Shown here in pieces: positions 46,966 through 55,955 of a DNA stretch of 64,000 nt. The stretch comes from Pachysolen tannophilus NRRL Y-2460 (lineage: Eukaryota). The position numbers were made by a program, and so were the translations under genes. The stretch's first letter is position 1, and every line of letters begins with the position of its first letter. The DNA lies in contig KV454013.1 in NCBI GenBank assembly GCA_001661245.1, forward strand, positions 1,148,502 through 1,212,501, read 5' to 3'. The notes beneath the pieces were generated by a model. It searched no databases and was not told the origin of the DNA. It was given only the letters and a program-made list of their open reading frames with translations.

Positions 46966-48183
46966 ATGGGTTTGAATAGGAGTTTTTCCAGTTATGTTCT
47001 CAAGAGATGTTTTTGTAGTTCGAAGAGGGTAATTTTTAGCCAATCATTATTGAGCAATAGTCATAATTTAAATTTAGTGCGTAATGGAGTCAAGGGTAAT
47101 ATTATAAGCAATAATAATAATCATTTAATATATGAAGATAAAAGGTTTAGCTTGAGCCGACTTGAAATTTTGAAAAATGAGAGAATTAAACCATTTTCTG
47201 AGTTTTTAACTGATAATTATAATAGGAAACATGATTATTTGAGGATATCTATAACTGAACGATGTAATTTAAGATGCACATACTGTATGCCTGAAGATGG
47301 TATAGAATTAACACCAAATGAGAAATTGTTAACCACAGAAGAGATTTTGAGAATTGTGAGGATATTTATTTCTCAAGGTGTGACGAAGGTGAGATTAACC
47401 GGTGGTGAGCCAACTGTTCGGAAAGATGTTGTAGAATTGGTGAAAAGATTGAATGAATTAGAAGGATTAAAAGAGATTTGTATGACTTCTAATGGAATTG
47501 CTCTTCATAGGAAACTTCCTGAATTATTTGCTAGTGGGCTTACTTCGTTGAATTTAAGTCTTGATACTTTAATAGAGGGAAAATTTTTATTAATAACCAG
47601 AAGAAATGGATTAAATGCAGTTATGAAATCTTTGAACAAAGCTTTAGAATTAAATTTACCAAAGATTAAGCTTAACGTTGTTATCATGAAAAATATTAAT
47701 GAGGATGAAATTCTTAATTTTGTTGAATTGACTAAAAATGCTAAAGTTGATGTTAGATTCATAGAATATATGCCATTTGAAGGTAATAAATGGCGAAATT
47801 CCAAGATGGTGAAATATGAAGATATGTTAAATAATATTAAAGTTGTTCACCCTGATATTTATAGATTGGACCATAATCATGGTGATACTTCCAAAAATTT
47901 TCAAATACCAAATTATAAAGGAAAAATTGGTTTTATAACTTCCATGACTGAAAATTTTTGTTCTACATGTACGAGATTAAGAATAACAAATGATGGCAAT
48001 TTAAAAGTATGCTTATTTGGTAATAATGAGGTTTCTTTAAGAGATTTATTAAGACAAGGTAAAAATGATGATGAGATCTTGCAACATATTGGTAAACTGG
48101 TTAAAAGTAAAAAAGCTAAACATGCTGGTATTGGTGAATTGGAGAATTTACCAAATAGACCTATGATTCTTATTGGTGGGTAA
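46966..48183 (+). CDS. MOCS1A: MoaA/MOCS1A/Cnx2 radical-SAM GTP 3',8-cyclase with N-terminal mitochondrial-type presequence
   Basis: YLRISITERCNLRCTYCMP, RLTGGEP, FCSTCTRLR...VCLF and C-terminal RPMILIGG; Arg/Ser-rich N-terminus. Confidence 0.95.
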   Translation: MGLNRSFSSYVLKRCFCSSKRVIFSQSLLSNSHNLNLVRNGVKGNIISNNNNHLIYEDKRFSLSRLEILKNERIKPFSEFLTDNYNRKHDYLRISITERCNLRCTYCMPEDGIELTPNEKLLTTEEILRIVRIFISQGVTKVRLTGGEPTVRKDVVELVKRLNELEGLKEICMTSNGIALHRKLPELFASGLTSLNLSLDTLIEGKFLLITRRNGLNAVMKSLNKALELNLPKIKLNVVIMKNINEDEILNFVELTKNAKVDVRFIEYMPFEGNKWRNSKMVKYEDMLNNIKVVHPDIYRLDHNHGDTSKNFQIPNYKGKIGFITSMTENFCSTCTRLRITNDGNLKVCLFGNNEVSLRDLLRQGKNDDEILQHIGKLVKSKKAKHAGIGELENLPNRPMILIGG

Positions 48184-48256
48184 TAAAATTTTTTTTTCTT
48201 TTATTTTTTTTTTTTTTTTTTTGGCAAATTCAATTCTAACATTTTCTTCTTGATAG

Positions 48257-48831
48257 ATGATTTCTATAACAAATTCCACAATGGTATTTGGTTGAAAAAA
48301 ACTCAGTTTTCGAATATAAGGAGGATGTTCAGTACATTTCTGAGGAATTTAAATAATGATGATTCAAAGTTAACACACGTTGATGCATCTGGCAATGCAA
48401 ATATGGTTGATATACATAATAAGGAAATTTCACATAGAATTGCAAGAGCTTCAGGAACAATTGTTTTTTCAAATGATCTCCCTATAACATTGATAAGAGC
48501 GAATAGTATTAAAAAGGGAGATGTTATTAGTATAGCTAGAGTATCAGGTATAATGGCTGCTAAGAAGACTTCTGAATTGATACCATTATGTCATCCAATA
48601 ATGATAACTAAGGTGAAGGTTGATTTCACGATTGGAGACAACAAAATTGACGTGATTTGTTCAGTTGAGTGTGATGGTAAAACAGGTGTTGAGATGGAAG
48701 CACTAACGGGACTCAACGTTGCCTTATTAACAATATACGATATGTGTAAAGCAGTTGATAAAGAAATGGTAATAGGTAATGTTAAAATTATTCATAAGAG
48801 CGGTGGGAAATCAGGAGAGTTTAATCTTTAA
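48257..48831 (+). CDS. MOCS1B: MoaC/MOCS1B/Cnx3 cPMP synthase, probably expressed as exon 2 of a spliced MOCS1A-B fusion (alternative own ATG at 48325)
   Basis: [53 protein letters not shown]; preceded by a TTCTAAC branch and TAG acceptor. Confidence 0.92.
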
Positions 48832-49099
48832 AACTTTTCCCCAAATTAATCTACATTTTTATAACTTATATAAACCCCGAAATGATGAAATTATTACTTA
48901 TGAGAAACAATCAAAAAGAAAAAAAAAAAAGAAGAAAAAGAACAAAAAAAAAAGAAAGAAAGAAAGATTTTAAGAATTTTTTTATTTGAATTAATGTAAA
49001 AGTTTCTATCATTTTTCCTGTTTTATCTTTTCTTTTTTTTTTTTTTTTCCTTTTCTTTTTATAAATAAAATATACCTATTTTCTTTTCTTTTTATTTAT

Positions 49100-49896
49100 T
49101 TACTCGTCATCTTCTTCTTCTAAAGTCTGAGCAGCAATACGATCTAAATCTCTCTGACCATTTTCAGAAATTCTTCTACCACCTTTTGGTGAGATTTCAA
49201 CAACACCAATTTTTTCCAAAGATTGTAAGACTCTTCTATTAACAGAACCTGAAGCATCAGCATGCTTTGATGGTCTAGCACCACGGTTAACAGCACCACC
49301 GTATAATTTGTTCAATTTACCAACACCAACTTGTTTTCTTAAGTAAATGTGTCTAGCAACTGAAGCAGCACGCTTGTAAAACCAAGTTTCAGCTTCTTGT
49401 GGTGGTAATTCGTTACCTGCTGAAGTCTTGACAATATCAACAAAACCTGGTACTTCTAATTTACCTTGACGTTGTAAGAATTGGGCATAAGCATTAATGA
49501 ATTCCTGAGCTGGAACATCTCTATAAATAATAAAAAAAAAGGTAATAAAAATGAAAACGTTAGTAATGAATTTCTTTTTTCTTTAAAAAATAAAAAACAA
49601 CTGGTAAAACATGAATCAACTTTCAATTTAAAAAGAGTCTTCTGAGATTCAAAATAAGTTCCATTTTACATTATCTATCTCCACTTGATCATTTGAAAAC
49701 ATTACCCATTTATGATTAATACTAATTTCTTATATTATTCACTTCATAAAACAACATTGAATACTTCTTCTTTACACTTTGATTAAATTCTCTTCTCTCT
49801 TCTCTCTTCTCTCTTCTTCTCTTTAAACTTCCAACTCAATCCATAAATTTACCAACATGAATAAAAACAAACCTACCTGACTGAAACACCTGGCAT
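49100..49896 (-). CDS. RPS19: 40S ribosomal protein S19 (eS19); exons 49896-49877 and 49520-49100
   Basis: MPGVSVR|DVPAQEFINAYAQFLQRQGKLEVPG...; GTAGGT donor, TACTAAC branch, TAG acceptor. Confidence 0.96.
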
Positions 49897-50106
49897 TTTC
49901 GGTTATAACTATTATTTCTATATTATAGATATATTTGATGTATTTTAACAAATCCTTAGTGGTATTATATATTGGAATGAAGATTTTTTTTTTTCAACCC
50001 CAGAACAGGAGAGTGAAAAAATTCAAAAAGAAAAAAAAAAAAAAAAAAAAAAAAATTAAAAAAAGTTTCGTGCAAAACTTTCCAAAAAATAAAAAAATTA
50101 AAACAA

Positions 50107-50247
50107 TTTCCTAATTAGGAAACAACAGTCACATATTTGCTGAGAGGACAAAAAAGAATTCGTTTTCGGAAAAGTGTTGTTTATGTACACGTCCTTAAAA
50201 ACAAGAAGAGCAAAAGTAGTGTTTGATAGCATTAATTCCTAAATAGG
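50107..50247. promoter_or_regulatory. Mcm1 (CArG) sites and Homol-D box upstream of RPS19
   Basis: Perfect palindrome TTTCCTAATTAGGAAA at 50107-50122, CAGTCACA at 50126-50133, second site CCTAAATAGG at 50238-50247. Confidence 0.7.
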
Positions 50248-50393
50248 AAATACAACATGCAATAAGTTTTAAATAGTTAGTAAATATATAATAATTACAT
50301 ATTTATATATTTGTATATTTATCTATATATTTATTTCTACATATATATATATATATTGTATTCGGAATAGTGTTGGACTTGGGCGGTTTTGTC

Positions 50394-52142
50394 ATGGAAA
50401 GCTCTTTATTGTTGCTTCCTCATGAGGTTATTTTCAGGATATTTGACAACTTGATACCGGCATCGTTTTCCAGTCCACACCCGCCAAACGCTTATAAGAA
50501 CAATGTATTGGAATTTATTAATCCTGATAAGTCACAATTAAAAGATTTGATAAATTTATCATTGACGAATAGGTATTTGAGAAGTTTGAGTATTATGTTT
50601 TTGAAAGATAGGAATCATGGTGAGTTATTTTTATCTCTAGCAAGAGATTGTGGTTTACCAACTCTGATTCAATATTCCAAGAATATTTGTCAATCTTTGT
50701 TATCTTGTATTATTGGTGATGAGCAAATATTGAATGATGCGGCTCATGGGATTTTATTTTCCCATAATGTGAATTATCTTGAAATTAGAATAGACGATTT
50801 AAATACTGCACAATGGTTAGATTTAGTTTCCATATATCATGATAAATTAAATCATCTTAAGGTATTAGGACCAACAGAAAGTTTCCAAGAAGTTTTTTAT
50901 ATGATTGACAATTTTAATACATCATCATTATTAAAATTTAAATTTTTGCAAAAATTATCAATACCATTACCAAATTCAACTTATTTATTAGATAAGTTGG
51001 GATATTTTTTCAATTGGAATAATTTAAAAAATTTAAATTTATTTATTGAACCATTTACATTTGAAAAAAATTTAAATGATATTGAAAAGACTTTCCAAAA
51101 ATTAAATTTTTTTTTTGAAGGAAATAATGAATTAATTGAATTGAATTTAATAAGTGGTAATAGTTTTATTTACTATAATAATCTTTTATTACTTGAAGTT
51201 TCAAAATTTTTATTAAATTTTGTTAATAATTTACAAAAATTGTCTATAAGGCATGATAGTTTAAGGTATAAAGCAAGTTTTAGTAGCTATAACAATTTTG
51301 ATTCATCATTTGATTCTTTTAGATATAGGGATAATTCTTTTGGTTTTGAAAAATTATTTCAATCTATAAATTTATTAAAAAAATTACTGAAATTAAGTAT
51401 TGATGCAGATTTATCTAGAAAATTTTGTAATGAAGTTCAAGTTAGTTTTAATCAAAGATTTGGTATTAATACAATTTATGATAATATTAAAATTGCAAAA
51501 TATAGACAAGATCATAATATTTTTTTAGAATTAGAAATTGTTGAACCTACTTTTGTTTATCCAATATCATTAGAACAAAGACTGGGTTTTTTACAAATAA
51601 TTTTAATTTTAAAAGATTTAAATATCAATAAACTTTCACTTAAATATGGACTTCAATTAGAATTACTGCTTGGATCACATGTGAAATTTATCTTGGATAT
51701 TTTGACTACATTGGGTACGAGTTTCAAATATACAAAGATAACCTATGTTTCATTTGAATTAATTTCTTCAACAATTGATGATTCGATAATATTAGAACAT
51801 AATGAAAAATTTCCAAATGATCATGTTGATATCTGGGAAAGAATAGATTCTAATTCACCAGATTATAAAAATTTGGAATTTTTTAAAAAAATTAAATATA
51901 TTAATCAGGAATTATACCAAGATATTAAGATGGTTGATTATGTAAGAATAATGAATGGGGGTTTAAAAAATTTTGATAAGATTCAATTATACCTGGATCA
52001 ATTTTACAGTGAAGAACAGCATGATAAATATATCAAACAACAAAGATTAGATTTTTGGAACGTTGAATGTTTATTAAAAGATTTTATTAGGTTTGACGTT
52101 ATAGGGGTAAATAATAGGCATGGTGTTAGCATTTTCCAATAA
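50394..52142 (+). CDS. Hypothetical Leu-rich protein with an N-terminal F-box-like motif
   Basis: LLLLPHEVIFRIFDNL...DLINLSLTNRYLR resembles an F-box, followed by LRR-like spacing; long ORF in very AT-rich DNA. Confidence 0.6.
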   Translation: MESSLLLLPHEVIFRIFDNLIPASFSSPHPPNAYKNNVLEFINPDKSQLKDLINLSLTNRYLRSLSIMFLKDRNHGELFLSLARDCGLPTLIQYSKNICQSLLSCIIGDEQILNDAAHGILFSHNVNYLEIRIDDLNTAQWLDLVSIYHDKLNHLKVLGPTESFQEVFYMIDNFNTSSLLKFKFLQKLSIPLPNSTYLLDKLGYFFNWNNLKNLNLFIEPFTFEKNLNDIEKTFQKLNFFFEGNNELIELNLISGNSFIYYNNLLLLEVSKFLLNFVNNLQKLSIRHDSLRYKASFSSYNNFDSSFDSFRYRDNSFGFEKLFQSINLLKKLLKLSIDADLSRKFCNEVQVSFNQRFGINTIYDNIKIAKYRQDHNIFLELEIVEPTFVYPISLEQRLGFLQIILILKDLNINKLSLKYGLQLELLLGSHVKFILDILTTLGTSFKYTKITYVSFELISSTIDDSIILEHNEKFPNDHVDIWERIDSNSPDYKNLEFFKKIKYINQELYQDIKMVDYVRIMNGGLKNFDKIQLYLDQFYSEEQHDKYIKQQRLDFWNVECLLKDFIRFDVIGVNNRHGVSIFQ

Positions 52143-52360
52143 ATTTATTATATTTAAACAATAAACAATAATTAATTTCTCCATTTCCATTCTTTCTCCT
52201 AATTCTACAAAATAAAAAAAAAAATAAAGATAAAAATAAAAAGAGATTTGAAAAAAATTTTTTTTTTTTTTTTTTTTTTTTAATATTTAAATTTTAAATT
52301 TTAAATATATATATGATATATACATATATATTTCAAAGTGAAAATTTTTAATTATTTAAT

Positions 52361-53448
52361 TTAAACTTTGAAACCCTTTGATCTTCTTCTACCTCTAGCT
52401 CTTTCGAATTTTCTACCCTTTGATAAAATTCTTGGAGCCTTGTTTTTATGAGGACCGAAACCGAAATGTCTAACAGCTTCTCTAGCATTTCTTGGACCTC
52501 TAACAATCAAAGTATTTTCACCTTTTGGAGCTCTTAAAGCCAATTGATCAAAAGTGATGGTTTCACCACCATTTTTCAAGATAGTAGCTCTAGCACCTGC
52601 AGTGAATCTTAAAGCAGCAACAGTTGTCTTTGGGAATGATAATAATCTTGTATCATCGGTAACGGTACCAACAACAACAATTATTCTTTGTGGAGCATTT
52701 TCCTGAGATGGTTTTTGGTTAACTGCTTTAGCAATTCTTGAAACAGAAACAGGAGGTCTGTTAATCTTTGACAAGAATAATGATTTTAAAATAACCTTGT
52801 TGAATGGAGCACCAGTACGACCTATTAATAAAAATAAATTATAATTAGTTAGTATTTTAAAATTCTGCTCAAAGATCGCACATAAAATATATTATTAAAA
52901 CCAATGAAAAAAAGAGAAAAAAATAATCTTTTTAATAATATTTTGTACTCGCAGAATATTTCAAAAACATTCATTCTCCTCATCAAGAGGAAAAAAAGAA
53001 TGAATATGTATCATATAATAGATAATAAAAAAAAAAATAGCTAGTTAATTCTAAATATCTTTCAAGTATGGGATAACTTATATTTATCGGTGTGTCTACC
53101 GAAATAAGTTCAACTCCCTCACAATTAAGATATAAAGAAATACAATTAAGTAAAAAAAAAAATTTTTTTTTCTTTAAAACTCAAGCCATATTCCCTTCCC
53201 ATCTATCATAATCACAAAGTATTTAATCTTGTTGACCAAATACTTTTCAAAATCTCTAAAATTTTTTAAAATTTTTTAAAATTCCAATAATATAAAAATA
53301 TAAATGTGCAATAGTGAATTATTCAGTATTACTTACGAGCTAAGAAAGCATATAATTTGACCAATGATCTCAAGTAGACGTTGTCTGACTTTGGAGCTTC
53401 ACGGTGACCAGATCTGGCGTGTTGCTTGGTGTAATGATCTCTACCCAT
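52361..53448 (-). CDS. RPL18: 60S ribosomal protein L18 (eL18); exons 53448-53337 and 52821-52361
   Basis: [15 protein letters not shown]...[14 protein letters not shown]...SKINRPPVS...[24 protein letters not shown] donor, TACTAAC branch, TAG acceptor. Confidence 0.96.
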
Positions 53449-54174
53449 TTTTACTTGTTTAAAACCTATTACTTTCAATAGAAAAAAAAAAAAAAAAAAA
53501 GAAAGAAAAAAAAGAATGAATATATAATTATATTATAAAAATGAAAAATTTTTGAAAAATTTCTTCTTCTTACTGCGTTTACAGTTGAAAAAAAAAAATT
53601 TTTTTTTTTTTTTTTTTTCGTCTTTTTGAAAAAGAAAAGTGGAAAAAATATCAAAAAACAGAAAAAGGAAGTTTAATAAAATTATTAGTGAATGGAAAAA
53701 TGAAAAAAATGAGGGCTAAAAACCCTTTTTAAAAAATTGTAAAACAAAACGGTGCAAGGATGTACCAAATTTTATTTGTCCTGTCATGTGATTATACAGT
53801 CATGTGATAATATATATGTGTGTTTTCCGTCTTCTTCTTTCACACTCTCCACCTTCCAAATTAGGATACTCAAGGGCTGTTGCTACTTGTGGAATTGGTA
53901 GTGCAAATGTTTTGGAAACAGCCCCTGAAGTGACACAAGAAAGCGGTGTCACCCTTTTTGTTTGTTTGTTGTTCTCTTGTTATAAGGTGAAATGGCAAAA
54001 AACAAAGAAAGAAGTGACACGGCGCTGGTGTTCTTTATGAGTGACACGAGAAGATTTAAGAGAAAACAAACCCACTTATTAAATACTAAAAAATGGTTAT
54101 TATTCACAATTAGAAATAATAATATATTTAAATATATTTAAATATATTTTTGAAAATATATATATCTATAGGTG

Positions 54175-54843
54175 ATGACAACTGAATTGACGTAAGTATG
54201 CTTTTTTTTTTTCTTTAAAAAAAAAAAGAGAATTATTTTATTAATTGTGAGATAAAAAGTTTCTAACTAAAAAAATTTGGTTTAATTTAGAACTGCTGTT
54301 ACCAATGCAAGAGGTATTCCTCAGGCTAAATTTATTGAAAATATTGATTTATTTATTAATAATAAATCTCCTAGTGAAGAATTAATCAATTCAAAACTTT
54401 CTTCAATACAGGACTTGTTGAATCAATTTAAATTTATGGAAGAATCAAAGAAAGTTTCTTTACAAAATTTAAAAATTAAAGTACCTGATTTAGAGCAAAA
54501 TATTTCAATTATTAAAACACTACAAGAAGAAAAAAAAAATGATGAATTTATAGAACAAGAAGTTAATTATCAATTAAATGATACAATTTTCACTAAAGCA
54601 GTGATAGATAAAAATGAATTGGAGTCTGTTTTTCTATGGTTGGGAGCTGATGTGATGTTGGAATACCCTATTGATGAAGCATTAGAAATGTTAAATAAAA
54701 GATTAAAAGAAGCTAATGAAAATAAGGATAAAACTGTAGAAGATTTGGAATTTTTAAGAGAAAATATAACAACCATGGAAGTCAATTTAGCTAGATTATA
54801 TAATTGGGATGTCAAGAGAAGAAGAGGAACAGATTCAAAATAA
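54175..54843 (+). CDS. PAC10: Prefoldin subunit 3; exons 54175-54191 and 54291-54843
   Basis: NARGIPQAKFIE, LWLGADVMLEYPIDEA, FLRENITTMEVNLARLYNWDV; intron GTAAGT...TTCTAAC...TAG keeps the frame. Confidence 0.92.
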
Positions 54844-54889
54844 AATCAAGAAAAAAAAAAACTAAGTTTAAATATATATATATGACTAT

Positions 54890-55759
54890 TTATGTTCTAA
54901 ATGTATCTAGTAATTGTGATCCTAATGGCCGAACAGGTGTATCTGCTACCCCGGTATCGTTATTTATATTTCCAGCTTCATCGTCATCATCATCATCATA
55001 ATTATCATTATCATTATCGTACCCTCCTGGGGCATTCTGATCCTCTAGATCGACAATGTTATTATTATTATTGGCGGTTCTACCAGAGAAAGATGTAGAA
55101 ATTATTTTCTTTGTTGAAAATTCCCTGTTTATCAAGTAATTCTTTAATAAAAGTAGCATCCAGTTTTTACCAAGTAATGTTTCCTTCATTATTAACTTCC
55201 CTAATAACCAACCAATTACTCCTGGTACTAATGAATTTAAACCTTCATTTAATAAAAATAATATACATGTAACCAATATAAAGAATTTATCATTTAAAAC
55301 CAATTGTGTATTAGTAAGTTTGATGGCAAATCTATAATTTGAAGGAACAAAATCATTAAAAAATGAAATATTTAACATGATTAATGAAATTGGTCCAGAA
55401 GATATTTCGAAATTAATTCCTAATCCTCTATATAATGAAAACAATAATACATAATCGATTATCATCACATATATAAATGAAACAATTAAAATAGAAACAA
55501 ACTTCAGACTTCCAAATATTAATTCAACTTTATTGATCGCCTTTAAAAAAATCATTATCGATAATAATACTTGACTCTCATTTTTAAATACAAATTGTAT
55601 TAATAAAAACCTATAATATTGACTCCATTGTGATATAAATGGGTTATATTCAAGTATGAAAAGATATTTTAAATCACATAATGAAATAACTAACGCCAAC
55701 AGTACTGTTGATATTATTAAAGTCTTGGTGACCGGTTGTAACGATGACGGTTTCGACAT
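54890..55759 (-). CDS. DSC2: Dsc2-like rhomboid pseudoprotease membrane protein
   Basis: PVTK, QYYRFL, ELIFGSLKF, SGP and C-terminal VRPLGSQLLDTFR resemble yeast Dsc2/YOL073C. Confidence 0.72.
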   Translation of the reverse strand: MSKPSSLQPVTKTLIISTVLLALVISLCDLKYLFILEYNPFISQWSQYYRFLLIQFVFKNESQVLLSIMIFLKAINKVELIFGSLKFVSILIVSFIYVMIIDYVLLFSLYRGLGINFEISSGPISLIMLNISFFNDFVPSNYRFAIKLTNTQLVLNDKFFILVTCILFLLNEGLNSLVPGVIGWLLGKLIMKETLLGKNWMLLLLKNYLINREFSTKKIISTSFSGRTANNNNNIVDLEDQNAPGGYDNDNDNYDDDDDDEAGNINNDTGVADTPVRPLGSQLLDTFRT

Positions 55760-55955
55760 GATTTGATTTATTGTATCATTAATTAAAAGAATATATAATT
55801 AATTAATTAAAAATAAAAAAATAAAAATAAAAATTTAGTGGTTTTTATTAATATTATTATTATTATTTTATCTTAAGTGATAATCATTTATATCTTTTTA
55901 TTATTAAATCACAAGAACAAAAAAATTACTTGAGAGTAGGATTGTTATTTATGAT

